Below are positions 20,875 through 30,600 of a stretch of 61,017 bases of DNA, in pieces (the first letter of the stretch is position 1; the number at the start of each line of letters is the position of its first letter). The stretch is from Actinomycetes bacterium (GTDB lineage Bacteria; Actinomycetota; Thermoleophilia; BMS3ABIN01), in the NCBI GenBank assembly GCA_024275795.1, contig JAJRYJ010000030.1, positions 1 through 61,017 on the forward strand, in the 5' to 3' direction. Below the pieces are notes generated by a model, which was not told the origin of the DNA, searched no databases, and saw only the letters and a list, made by a program, of their open reading frames with translations. The translations under genes and the position numbers were made by a program.

Positions 20875-22194
20875 TCAGTCCAGACGCCCGTGGAGCCTGA
20901 CCAGGTCTTCGTAGCTCTCGCGCCTGATCACGACCCTGGCGTCCCCGTCCCTGAGGAACAGCACGGCCGGGCGCGGCTGGCCGTTATAATTGCTCGCCAT
21001 GGAATAGCCGTAGGCTCCTGTTGACGGCGTGACCAGCAGATCGCCGACAGCCGGGTCGGGCAGCGGCTGGTCTCTCACGAGCAGGTCACCCGATTCGCAG
21101 TGCTTCCCGGCCACGGTAACCGTTTGATCGGCCTCGGCCAGGGGCCGTTCGGCAAGCAGCGCCTCATAGCGGGCGCCGTAGAGCATGGGCCGCAGGTTGT
21201 CAGACATGCCGCCGTCCACGGCGACAAAGGTCCTGATGCCGGGCACCGTCTTGACCGCTTCGATGGTGTAGGCGGTCAGCCCCGCGTTGGCGACTATGGA
21301 GCGGCCGGGCTCCACGGCGATGCGCGGCATCGCCAGATCGGCCCGGGCCATCTCCTCCCTGACCGCGTCGACGATGACACCCGCCAGCTCGTCGATGCCC
21401 GCCGGCTCGTCGTCACCGCCGTAAGACACGCCGAGGCCGCCGCCCACATCCAGCAGGCGGCACTCGAATCCATGCCGCCGGCGGCACTCGGCCGCGAAAT
21501 CCGCCATCAGGCCGATGGCGCGGACATAGGGCTCCAGCGCGAAGATCTGGGAGCCGATGTGCATGTGAAAACCCTCCAGCTCAAGGTTATCGGCGGCGAG
21601 CGCGCGCCCGACTGCGTCGAGCGCCACCCCCTCGGCCAGGCAGAGGCCGAACTTGGAGTCGAGCCTGCCGGTCTGGACGAAATCGTGCGTGTGGGCCTCG
21701 ATGCCGGGGGTTATGCGCAGCAGTACGGGCTGGCGGCGGCCCTCAGCAGCAGCGGCCGCGTCCAGCGCCTCCAGTTCATCCAGGGAGTCGATGACCACAT
21801 GGCCCACCTCGGAACGCACGTAGCGGCTCAGTTCGCCGCCGCTGTTGGCGTTGCCGTGCACGTATATCCTCTCCGGCGGGAACCAGCTCTTGAGCGCTAT
21901 ATACAGTTCCCCACCCGAAGCCACGTCCAGAGAGAGGCCCTCGTCGGCGACGATCTGGCACATGGCCAGGCAGGTGAACGCCTTGCTGGCATAAATGACC
22001 TCTGAATCATCCGCCCGCGAAGACATCGCCGTGACGTATGCCCGGCAGTTGTCGATGATCTGCTGCTGATCGTAGGCGTAGAAGGGCGTACCGTACTCGC
22101 GGGCCAGGCTCACCAGGTCGCATCCGGCTACCTCCAGGTGACCGGATGCGTTGACGCGGCTCGATTGCGGCAGGGGTGGGATGGCAAGCTCCAT
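20875..22194 (-). CDS. lysA: Diaminopimelate decarboxylase
   Basis: PLP fold III decarboxylase motifs (YASKAF, HMHIGSQ, GGGLGV, CESGD). I prefer the ATG at 22194 (MELAIPP...); the ORF track extends to 22230. Confidence 0.9.
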   Translation of the reverse strand: MELAIPPLPQSSRVNASGHLEVAGCDLVSLAREYGTPFYAYDQQQIIDNCRAYVTAMSSRADDSEVIYASKAFTCLAMCQIVADEGLSLDVASGGELYIALKSWFPPERIYVHGNANSGGELSRYVRSEVGHVVIDSLDELEALDAAAAAEGRRQPVLLRITPGIEAHTHDFVQTGRLDSKFGLCLAEGVALDAVGRALAADNLELEGFHMHIGSQIFALEPYVRAIGLMADFAAECRRRHGFECRLLDVGGGLGVSYGGDDEPAGIDELAGVIVDAVREEMARADLAMPRIAVEPGRSIVANAGLTAYTIEAVKTVPGIRTFVAVDGGMSDNLRPMLYGARYEALLAERPLAEADQTVTVAGKHCESGDLLVRDQPLPDPAVGDLLVTPSTGAYGYSMASNYNGQPRPAVLFLRDGDARVVIRRESYEDLVRLHGRLD

Positions 22195-22278
22195 AGCGGG
22201 AAAGTAACACAGCGCCGCAGCGGCGGTCAAACGGCGCTGCTTGAGCCGTTCTTGCCCGGTTTGTTATAGTTTCACTGG

Positions 22279-22653
22279 ATGACTACAGGAAAGTTCCAGT
22301 TCAAGAACTACATGGGGGACACCCCACCCGAATTCGCAAACCACAGCGAAGAGGAATGTGCCCGCATCCTGGACTACTACGACATCCCCTGGATGTACGA
22401 GCCCAGGACGTTCGTGCTGGAACGGGATGAGGAGGGCAACGTCATCGAGGCCTTCACGCCAGACTTCTATCTTACGGAACAGGACCTGTTCGTCGAGCTG
22501 ACCACGATGAAGCAGGCCCATGTCACCAAGAAGAACATGAAGATTCGCAAGGTAAAAGAGAGGTTCCCGGAGGTAAACATCAAACTATTCTACAAGCGGG
22601 ACTTCCTCAAGCTTGCGGAGAAATTCGGCCTGAGGACGGACCACAACCCCTGA
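22279..22653 (+). CDS. Hypothetical small protein with a PD-(D/E)XK nuclease-like motif
   Basis: E...TPDFYL...FVELTTMK arrangement (E / PD / ExK). No family recognised. Confidence 0.6.
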   Translation: MTTGKFQFKNYMGDTPPEFANHSEEECARILDYYDIPWMYEPRTFVLERDEEGNVIEAFTPDFYLTEQDLFVELTTMKQAHVTKKNMKIRKVKERFPEVNIKLFYKRDFLKLAEKFGLRTDHNP

Positions 22654-22677
22654 TCGAGTGGAACTTGAGGGACCGTC

Positions 22678-23229
22678 TTGCCGGAAGATACTGATTACAG
22701 CGACCTGATCGGAGAGACCTATCTGGACGCCGCCACCATCGCCGCCAAGGTGAGGGAGATGGCGGGGCTGATATCCCGAGACTACGAGGACCGCAGGATA
22801 CTGCTGCTCTCCATCCTCAAGGGAGGAATCTTCTTCCTTGCTGATCTGGCCCGCGAGATCACCGTCCCGGTGACCATCGATTTTATCGCCATCTCCAGTT
22901 ACCGGCGCGACCGCCGTGAGGGCGAGGAGACCCGCAGGGTCCGCTTTCTCAAGGACCTGGACCAGGATGTGGAGGACGAGCACCTGCTGATCGTCGAGGA
23001 TGTCATCGATACCGGGTTGACGCTGAACTATATCGTACAGAGCCTGAAGTTGCGGAACCCGGCGTCCCTGGAGATCGCTACCCTGCTGGACCGCCCCTAC
23101 CGCCGCCTGGTGGATCTGCCCGTGAAGTACCAGGGTTTTCAGATTCCCGATGAGTTCTACGTCGGCTACGGCTTCGACTACCGTCAGAAACTGAGGAATC
23201 TGCCGCAGATCTCGCGGCTGAAGATCTAG
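22678..23229 (+). CDS. hpt: Hypoxanthine phosphoribosyltransferase
   Basis: LLIVEDVIDTGLTL PRPP-binding motif, LKG..FF.ADL, YVGYGFDY. TTG start. Confidence 0.92.
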   Translation: MPEDTDYSDLIGETYLDAATIAAKVREMAGLISRDYEDRRILLLSILKGGIFFLADLAREITVPVTIDFIAISSYRRDRREGEETRRVRFLKDLDQDVEDEHLLIVEDVIDTGLTLNYIVQSLKLRNPASLEIATLLDRPYRRLVDLPVKYQGFQIPDEFYVGYGFDYRQKLRNLPQISRLKI

Positions 23230-23254
23230 TTAGTCTCGATGAACCCGCGGTCCC

Positions 23255-23836
23255 CTAGAGGATTGCTTCGATGAGCATCTCGACGTTCTTGTCGGTGAGC
23301 GGACCCACCCAGTAGGTAGCGATGTTCCCCTCGCGGTCGACGAAGAACGTCATGGGAATGGCGCTGATGGAGACATTGCCTGCCTTCTGATACGAATAGC
23401 CGATGTTGCCCGCGGGATCCATGCCGATGGGGAATGTCAGGCCGTGTTTCTCGGCAAAGGCCCGCTGACTGCTCTCGTTGTCCTTGACGGCTATGCCGAG
23501 GAAGACTACCTGGTCCTTGTATTTCTCGTAGGCCGCCGCCAGCACAGGCGCCTCATACTCGCAGGGGCCGCACCAGGAGGCCGCGAAGTTCACCACTACC
23601 GGCTGGCCCTTGAAATCAGACATGGATATCGACTGACCATCGAGAGTCGAGATAGTGAAATCGGGAGCGGCGTTGCTGCCGGTGGAACCGGTCGTGGCGT
23701 GGTTGCTCGAACTGCCCGTGTCGCTGTTGCGTTCGGTGGCGCTGCAACCTGCCATCAGCAAAACAGACAGCAGTAATGCCGCGACGAACACGAGCAGGCC
23801 TGACCTGATGCTTATCTGGTAAAGAGGGGATTTCAT
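23255..23836 (-). CDS. TlpA/ResA-like thiol-disulfide oxidoreductase lipoprotein
   Basis: Lipobox LLMAGC and thioredoxin-fold motif NFAASWCGPCEYE. Confidence 0.85.
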   Translation of the reverse strand: MKSPLYQISIRSGLLVFVAALLLSVLLMAGCSATERNSDTGSSSNHATTGSTGSNAAPDFTISTLDGQSISMSDFKGQPVVVNFAASWCGPCEYEAPVLAAAYEKYKDQVVFLGIAVKDNESSQRAFAEKHGLTFPIGMDPAGNIGYSYQKAGNVSISAIPMTFFVDREGNIATYWVGPLTDKNVEMLIEAIL

Positions 23837-23881
23837 ATCATACCCTGGCGCCTGTCCGGCGGACCGCCGGACTCACATGCC

Positions 23882-24094
23882 TCAGCTGCCACCGAAGCCG
23901 ACAGTGACATCGTCTCCGCGTACGATCACCGGCACCTTGGCTTCTCCGGCTATGCGGATAGCCTCTTCCTTGACAGCCGGGTCAGAGGTCACATCATGTT
24001 CGTTGTACGGGATGCCCTTGCTGTCCATATCATCCTTGGCCGCGGCGCAATAGGGACATCCTGGCTTGGTATAGATATCTATGGGCTCGGTCAT
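23882..24094 (-). CDS. Glutaredoxin-like protein
   Basis: IYTKPGCPYC active site, 70 aa. GGAGGTG SD lies upstream of the ATG at 24094; the ORF track extends to 24160. Confidence 0.8.
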   Translation of the reverse strand: MTEPIDIYTKPGCPYCAAAKDDMDSKGIPYNEHDVTSDPAVKEEAIRIAGEAKVPVIVRGDDVTVGFGGS

Positions 24095-24246
24095 GTGATT
24101 CTGCACCTCCGTTGACTGGAATATTTTACCATAGTAGGCGAGCAGGTTGCTTTTTAACAATCCCTTTTTAATAATTGGTCACTATTTACGCGCGTCAACC
24201 GGCACTTTCGGTGCCGCAGCATAAATGAAATCCCAGGGAGGATCAC

Positions 24247-25005
24247 ATGAGCAAGCGGATACCCGTGATAGCCGGAAACTGGAAGATGAACAAGACCTCG
24301 ACCGAGGCTAAGCAGTACGTAAGCGAGCTGTCGGGCATGGTGGCCGGCAAACAGGGTGTGGAAATAGTCCTCTGCCCGCCGGCGACCAGCCTGGCCGCCG
24401 TAAGCGAGATGCTCGGCGGCAGCGATATCATCGTTGCGGCACAGAACATGCACTTTGAGAACAGCGGCGCCTACACGGGAGAGATCTCCCCTGCCATGCT
24501 TAAAGACATAGGGGTCACGGATGTGATACTGGGACACTCGGAGCGCCGCCAGTATTTCTGCGAGCGCGACGAAGACCTCGAAAAGAAGGCAGTCGCCGCC
24601 ATTGAAGCCGGCCTCAGGCCCATCCTCTGCGTCGGCGAGACGGACGCGGAACGGGAGGCAGGTGAAACCGAAGAGAAGCTGCGGCGGCAGATCTCGACCG
24701 ACCTCTCCGGCATTACCGCAGAACAGCTGCCGGGTATAATTATCGCCTACGAGCCCATCTGGGCCATCGGCACCGGCAAGACGGCGACGCCGCAGATCGC
24801 CCAGGAGGCCTGCTCATTCATTCGCGGGCTCCTTGCGGAACTCTTCGGTGAGGAAGCGGCCGCCGCCGTGCGCATCCTCTACGGCGGCAGCGTCAAGCCG
24901 GGGAACATCGGCGAACTGATGGCCGAGCAGGACATCGACGGGGCCCTGGTGGGCGGCGCCTGCCTCTCGGCGGCTGACTTCGCCCAGATAGTGGATTTCC
25001 AGTAG
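24247..25005 (+). CDS. tpiA: Triosephosphate isomerase
   Basis: AGNWKMN, GHSERR, AYEPIWAIGTG, YGGSV. Confidence 0.95.
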   Translation: MSKRIPVIAGNWKMNKTSTEAKQYVSELSGMVAGKQGVEIVLCPPATSLAAVSEMLGGSDIIVAAQNMHFENSGAYTGEISPAMLKDIGVTDVILGHSERRQYFCERDEDLEKKAVAAIEAGLRPILCVGETDAEREAGETEEKLRRQISTDLSGITAEQLPGIIIAYEPIWAIGTGKTATPQIAQEACSFIRGLLAELFGEEAAAAVRILYGGSVKPGNIGELMAEQDIDGALVGGACLSAADFAQIVDFQ

Positions 25006-25014
25006 GCGAGGGGG

Positions 25015-26550
25015 ATGTCCGGCGAAATCCCAGTCCCGGTCTGCATGGTGGTGATGGACGGCTGGGGCATCGCGCCGCCGGGCCCGGGCAACGCCATCTC
25101 CCTGGCGGATACGTCGAATTTCGACCGTCTCTGCCAGGAGTTTCCCTCGACTTCGCTGATCGCAGCCGGTGAGGCCGTCGGGCTGCCGCCGGGCCAGATG
25201 GGCAACTCGGAGGTGGGCCACCTCAACCTCGGCGCCGGGCGCATCGTCTACCAGGACCTTACCCGCATCAACAAGTCCATCGAGGACGGCTCCTTCTTCG
25301 AAAACGACGCCCTCTCAACGGTTTTCAGGAATGCCGGGGATAACTGCAGGCCGGTGCACCTCATGGGCCTGCTGTCGGACGGCGGGGTCCACAGCGACAT
25401 CGGCCATATAGAGGCGCTTGTCGAGATGGCGTCACAGCAGGATTGTGAGCAGGTATACCTGCATGCCTTTATGGATGGACGGGACACGCCGCCCACCAGC
25501 GGCCGGGAATATGTCGAGGAGATGGCCGCCTTCCTTCGGAAATCGGGCCGGGGGGAGATCGCAACCATCTGCGGCCGCTTCTACGCCATGGATCGTGATA
25601 ACCGCTGGGACAGGGTGCAGCAGGCCTACGAGGCCATGGTTCACGGCCGCGGCAACCATGAGACAGACCCCCTCAAGGTGATGGATGATTCTTACGCCGC
25701 CGGGGTGACCGACGAATTCATATTGCCTACCATCACCAGTGACGACCCCCGTTCCCGTGTGCACGGCGAGGACAGCGTCGTCTTCTTCAATTTCAGGCCG
25801 GACCGCGCCCGCGAGATGACCCGGACCCTGATCGAGCGGGACTTCGATGAGTTCGACCGCGGGCCGCAGCCGCCGCTGCCCGTGTTCGTGAGCATGACCG
25901 AATATGACGCGACCTTCGATGTGCCGGTGGCCTTCCCGCCCGAGGAGTTGAAGCATGTGCTGGCGGAAGTACTGGCGGAGGCGGGCAAACGGCAGCTTCA
26001 CATCGCCGAGACCGAGAAGTACGCCCACGTGACCTTCTTCTTCAACGGCGGGGTCGAGAAGATAAATCCCGGGGAGGAGCGCGTACTGATACCCTCTCCC
26101 GCTGACGTAGCCACCTACGACGAAAAGCCCGAGATGAGCGCTTATGAGGTGACGGACGAGCTTTGCCGGCGATTGCGTGAGGATGACTTCGATTTCATCA
26201 TCGTCAACCTGGCCAACTGCGACATGGTGGGTCACACGGGTTTCCTGGAGGCCGCCGTGAAGGCCGTGGAGACCGTAGATGAGTGCATCGGCAGGATCTC
26301 CGGAGAGGTCACGGCCGCCGGCGGTGTCTGCCTGATCACCGCCGATCATGGCAACGCCGAGATCATGAAGGGGGACGACGGCGAGCCCGAGACCGCCCAC
26401 ACCAGCGAACGCGTACCTTTCATCATCACAATGGAGGCTACCCTCGCGGAGGATTACTCGCTGGCGGACATCGCGCCGACGGTTCTGGACCTGCTTGAAC
26501 TGCCGGTGCCGGCGGAGATGACCGGCCGTTGCATCATCCTTGACCGCTGA
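25015..26550 (+). CDS. gpmI: 2,3-bisphosphoglycerate-independent phosphoglycerate mutase
   Basis: MDGWG, MGNSEVGHLNLGAGR, SDGGVHS, ADHGNAE. Confidence 0.95.
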   Translation: MSGEIPVPVCMVVMDGWGIAPPGPGNAISLADTSNFDRLCQEFPSTSLIAAGEAVGLPPGQMGNSEVGHLNLGAGRIVYQDLTRINKSIEDGSFFENDALSTVFRNAGDNCRPVHLMGLLSDGGVHSDIGHIEALVEMASQQDCEQVYLHAFMDGRDTPPTSGREYVEEMAAFLRKSGRGEIATICGRFYAMDRDNRWDRVQQAYEAMVHGRGNHETDPLKVMDDSYAAGVTDEFILPTITSDDPRSRVHGEDSVVFFNFRPDRAREMTRTLIERDFDEFDRGPQPPLPVFVSMTEYDATFDVPVAFPPEELKHVLAEVLAEAGKRQLHIAETEKYAHVTFFFNGGVEKINPGEERVLIPSPADVATYDEKPEMSAYEVTDELCRRLREDDFDFIIVNLANCDMVGHTGFLEAAVKAVETVDECIGRISGEVTAAGGVCLITADHGNAEIMKGDDGEPETAHTSERVPFIITMEATLAEDYSLADIAPTVLDLLELPVPAEMTGRCIILDR

Positions 26551-26631
26551 CCGGCGGCTGCGGCTTGCGGACGGGCGGCTCTACCGCTATCATTTCAATG
26601 GTTCTGAACTGGACATCGACGCGAGGAAACC

Positions 26632-26862
26632 ATGGCATACGTTGTACTGGGCATCCATTCCATACTGAGCATCCTGCTGGTAGTGCTGATACTACTGCAT
26701 TCCGGCAAGGGTGGCGTCTCCGGCATCTTCGGCGGCGGTATGGCGGAAACGCCTTTCAGCGGCACCAGCGTCATCGAAAAGAACCTTACCCGCGCAACCG
26801 TCCTGGTTGCCACGCTTTTCTTCATCACCACAGGCCTGCTGGTCTTTGTGCTGACTTTTTAA
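26632..26862 (+). CDS. secG: Preprotein translocase subunit SecG
   Basis: 76 aa with two TM helices and LLHSGKGGG-type motif (LLHSGKGGVSGIFGGG). Confidence 0.85.
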   Translation: MAYVVLGIHSILSILLVVLILLHSGKGGVSGIFGGGMAETPFSGTSVIEKNLTRATVLVATLFFITTGLLVFVLTF

Positions 26863-26920
26863 CCCTGGCCGGAATCGGGGCGTACCGGCGCCATGAGGAC
26901 TGGCCGGCAAGGAGGAGACC

Positions 26921-27772
26921 CTGGATATCTCTGGTCAGACATCCCTGACAGGAATCATCGGTGATCCTGTTTCCCACAGCCTGTCGCCACGCATGCATAA
27001 CGCCGCCTACGCTGCCATGGGCCTGGATCTCTGTTACGTGCCCTTGCCTGTCAGGCCCGATGACCTGGAGGCGGCGGCAGGGGGCCTGCGCGCCCTGAAC
27101 TTCGTCGGCGCCAACGTCACCATACCGCACAAGGTAAGGATCGCCGGCTTCATGGACAGGCTGCACGACAGCGCCGCGGTTACCGGCGCCGTCAATACCA
27201 TCGTCAACGAAAACGGCATTCTTACCGGCTATAATACTGACGGCCCCGGTTTCATACGGGCTCTTGAGGAAGTCACCTCTCTTGATTACCCGCAGACCGA
27301 GACGGTGATTATCGGCGCCGGTGGCGCCGCCCGGGCGGTAGCGTCCGCACTGGCCGGGCATGGAGTTCCCAGGATAACGATAATCAACCGCACCAGGGAA
27401 CGTGCGCTTGATTTGCAGGATATAATCAGTGGACATTTCAGCGATGTAACTGTCGAGACCGCCCCTCTTGAGGGCGGCCTGGACGCAGTTTCTAGTGGAG
27501 CCGCCTTGATTATCAATGCGACCCCGCTGGGCATGATGGATGACCTAAAGGCAGTTCCCCTCCCGGTCGATAGATTAACGAAAGACCATGTCGTCTGTGA
27601 CCTGGCATATGTGGAGTCCGGAGAGACCCCACTGCAGGAGGCGGCAAGGAAAAAAGGGGCGACAACTTTGGGCGGACTCGGCATGCTTCTTCATCAGGGA
27701 GCTGAGGCTATTCATCTGTGGACCGGCGAGGACCCCCCCATTGATATCATGAGGCGGGCCATTGAACCCTAG
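26921..27772 (+). CDS. aroE: Shikimate dehydrogenase. The start is uncertain; a non-canonical CTG is proposed.
   Basis: The conserved N-terminal GIIGDPVSHSLSPRMHN motif lies upstream of the first ATG (26993). AAGGAGG at 26909-26915 precedes an in-frame CTG at 26921. NRT, GAGGAARA and NATP.GM motifs lie downstream. Confidence 0.8.
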   Translation: MDISGQTSLTGIIGDPVSHSLSPRMHNAAYAAMGLDLCYVPLPVRPDDLEAAAGGLRALNFVGANVTIPHKVRIAGFMDRLHDSAAVTGAVNTIVNENGILTGYNTDGPGFIRALEEVTSLDYPQTETVIIGAGGAARAVASALAGHGVPRITIINRTRERALDLQDIISGHFSDVTVETAPLEGGLDAVSSGAALIINATPLGMMDDLKAVPLPVDRLTKDHVVCDLAYVESGETPLQEAARKKGATTLGGLGMLLHQGAEAIHLWTGEDPPIDIMRRAIEP

Positions 27773-29477
27773 CGAAGCAACATCACGTAAAAACCACACG
27801 AAGCTCAGGCCCATCGGCGAGATTCTCGTCAACAAGGGCATGATCACACGGGACCAGCTGGAAAACGCGCTGGACCAGCAGAAAGAAACCTCCAAGCGCC
27901 TCGGCGAGATCCTTGTGGACGAAGGCATCATCAGCCAGGACCAGCTGAACCTGGCGTTGGCTGAGCGCCTGGGCGTCGAGAGTATCGGCCTTTCCGAGGG
28001 CGATGTCGATTCCCTGGCGGCGACGATGATTCCCGAGAAGCTCGCCCGCCGTTACGGCGCCATCCCCGTCAGGTTCATCGACGAGAACACGCTTCAGGTG
28101 GCCATGGTGGATCCCACTAACGTGTTCGCCATCGACGACCTGCGCATGATGACCGGCTACGACATCAAGCCCGCCATCGCCACTGCGGAAGAGGTCTTCG
28201 AACAGATATCCAAGGTCCACAGGCTTGGCGAGACGGTCGACGAGGAGGAACTGGTTGACGGCGAGATCGGCGAGGCCGAGGAGGAGACGTCATCCGACAT
28301 CCGCGACGTCGCCGCCGAAGCGCCGATCATCAAGCTCGTCAACGGCGTCATCAGCCAGGGTGTGGACGACAGGGCCAGCGACCTGCACTTCGAGCCCCAG
28401 GAGAAGGAGCTCGTGATTCGCTTCAGGGTCGACGGCGTGCTGCACGAGATCATGTCCGTCCCCAAGCGCATGCAGGCCGGCGTCATCTCCCGCCTCAAGG
28501 TAATGGCGGATATCGATATCGCCGAAAGGCGTATCCCCCAGGACGGCCGCATCGGTCTCACGGTAGGCGGCAAGCCCATCGATATCCGCGTTGCTTCCAT
28601 GCCTACTGTCTATGGCGAAAAGATAGTGCTCAGGCTGCTGGACAAGAGCAGCGTCATGCTGAACCTCACTGACCTGGGGTTCGCCGAGAAGGCGCTGGCG
28701 CGCTATGAGAGTTCCTACCGCAAACCCTATGGGGCGATCCTGGTGACGGGACCGACCGGCAGCGGCAAGTCCACCACCCTCTATGCGACCCTGAATGTGC
28801 TCAATAGCAGGGAAAAGAACATCATCACCGTTGAGGATCCGGTGGAGTACCGGCTGGGCGGTATCAACCAGACCCAGATCAATACCAAGGCCGGGCTGAC
28901 TTTCGCCTCGGGTCTCAGGGCCATCCTGCGCTCCGACCCTGACATAGTCATGGTGGGAGAGATCCGCGACCGGGAGACCGCCCAGATCGCCATCGAGGCG
29001 GCGCTGACCGGACACATGGTTTTAAGCACACTGCACACCAATGATGCGCCGGGAGCCCTGACGCGGCTTACGGAGATGGGCGTGGAGCCCTTCCTGACCG
29101 CGTCGGCCATCGAGTGCGTGCTCGCCCAGCGGCTGGCCAGGCGCCTCTGCACCGAGTGCAAGGAAGCTTACGAGCCCACGGATGAGGCTCTCAGGCAGAA
29201 CGGTTTCCCCGACGAGGTCGTCGGGCAGGGCATCAAGCTCTACCGGGCCAAGGGTTGTCCCCGCTGCAATAACACCGGCTACAAGGGCCGCCTGGGGCTC
29301 TACGAGGTCATGCTGGTGAGCGAGGCGATCGAGCGGTTAACGGTAGAGCGGAAAAGTGCCGATGAGATTTCACGGGTAGCACAGGCGGAGGGAATGGTTA
29401 CCCTGCGTGAAGATGGCATCGAGAAGGTCATCAAAGGGATGACTTCGGTGGAAGAGATAGGCCGCGTAATCATCTAG
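27762..29477 (+). CDS. pilB: Type IV pilus assembly ATPase PilB (GspE family) with an N-terminal MshEN-type domain
   Basis: Walker A GPTGSGKST, Asp/His boxes, tetracysteine CxxC...CxxC, and two N-terminal 24-aa RLGxxLVxxG... motifs. Confidence 0.9.
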   Translation: MNPSEATSRKNHTKLRPIGEILVNKGMITRDQLENALDQQKETSKRLGEILVDEGIISQDQLNLALAERLGVESIGLSEGDVDSLAATMIPEKLARRYGAIPVRFIDENTLQVAMVDPTNVFAIDDLRMMTGYDIKPAIATAEEVFEQISKVHRLGETVDEEELVDGEIGEAEEETSSDIRDVAAEAPIIKLVNGVISQGVDDRASDLHFEPQEKELVIRFRVDGVLHEIMSVPKRMQAGVISRLKVMADIDIAERRIPQDGRIGLTVGGKPIDIRVASMPTVYGEKIVLRLLDKSSVMLNLTDLGFAEKALARYESSYRKPYGAILVTGPTGSGKSTTLYATLNVLNSREKNIITVEDPVEYRLGGINQTQINTKAGLTFASGLRAILRSDPDIVMVGEIRDRETAQIAIEAALTGHMVLSTLHTNDAPGALTRLTEMGVEPFLTASAIECVLAQRLARRLCTECKEAYEPTDEALRQNGFPDEVVGQGIKLYRAKGCPRCNNTGYKGRLGLYEVMLVSEAIERLTVERKSADEISRVAQAEGMVTLREDGIEKVIKGMTSVEEIGRVII

Positions 29478-29512
29478 GGATGTGAACGCACGACACAAAG
29501 GGGGGTAACTTC

Positions 29513-30580
29513 ATGGACCTGGTTGATATCCTGGTCGAAGTCCTCGAAAGGGAAGCCTCGGACCTTCATCTGACTGTAGGCTCTCCTCCGATCATCAGAT
29601 TATCGGGCCGGTTGGTAGGCCTCGATTATCCGCGCCTCACCAGCAACGACACGCGCGATCTTATCTACAGTATCCTCTCCCAGGACCAGCGGCAGAGGAT
29701 CGAGAACGAGTGGGAGATCGATTTCTCCTATTCCGTACCGGGCAGGGCGCGTTTCCGTGTCAATGCCTACTTCCAGCGCAACAGCCTGGGGGCGGCCTTC
29801 AGGCTGATACCGGCGCAGATCAAATCGCTTGACGACCTGATGCTGCCGCTGTCACTGCACAAGATGGCGGCCAAGCCGCGAGGATTCGTGCTGGTCACCG
29901 GGCCCACCGGCTCCGGCAAGTCCACGACCCTGGCGGCGCTTATCCAGGAGATCAACGAGACACGCGAGGAACACATCATGACCATCGAGGACCCCATCGA
30001 GTTCCTCTATCGTCACAATAAATCCATCATCAACCAGCGGGAAGTGGGGACGGACACCAAGTCCTTCAACCGCGCCCTCAAGTCCGTGCTCAGGCAGGAC
30101 CCGGACGTGATTCTCGTGGGCGAGATGCGGGACAACGAGACCATGTAGACGGCCCTGACGGCGGCGGAGACCGGCCACCTGGTGTTCGCGACGCTGCATA
30201 CCCAGGACGCGCCGCAGACCATCGACAGGATCATCGACGTCTTCCCGCCACATGAACAGGGTCAGATCCGTGTACAGCTGGCGGCGACGCTGATGGGGAT
30301 CTGCACGCAGCAGCTGCTGCCACATATCGACGGCAACAAGCGCGTCCCCGCCTGCGAGGTGCTGATTCCCACGCCGGCGGTCAGGAACCTGATACGGGAA
30401 GCGAAGACGCACCAGATATATTCGGTTATCCAGACCGGCACCCAGTTCGGCATGCAGACGATGGACGCTTCACTCGCCGAACTCGTTAAACGCGGCATCG
30501 TCAAGAAAGACGTGGCGCTGCGCAAGTCAAGCAATCCCGAAGAGGTGGAACGCCTGATATTGGGCAGGCGTGTCGCCTGA
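29513..30580 (+). pseudogene. pilT: Twitching-motility ATPase PilT interrupted by one in-frame TAG at 30146-30148
   Basis: ORFs 29513-30148 and 30182-30580 are in the same frame. The read-through sequence ...[29 protein letters not shown]... restores the contiguous Walker B / His-box region of PilT. Confidence 0.8.
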
Positions 30581-30600
30581 CCGATGCATAAAGAAGAGGT

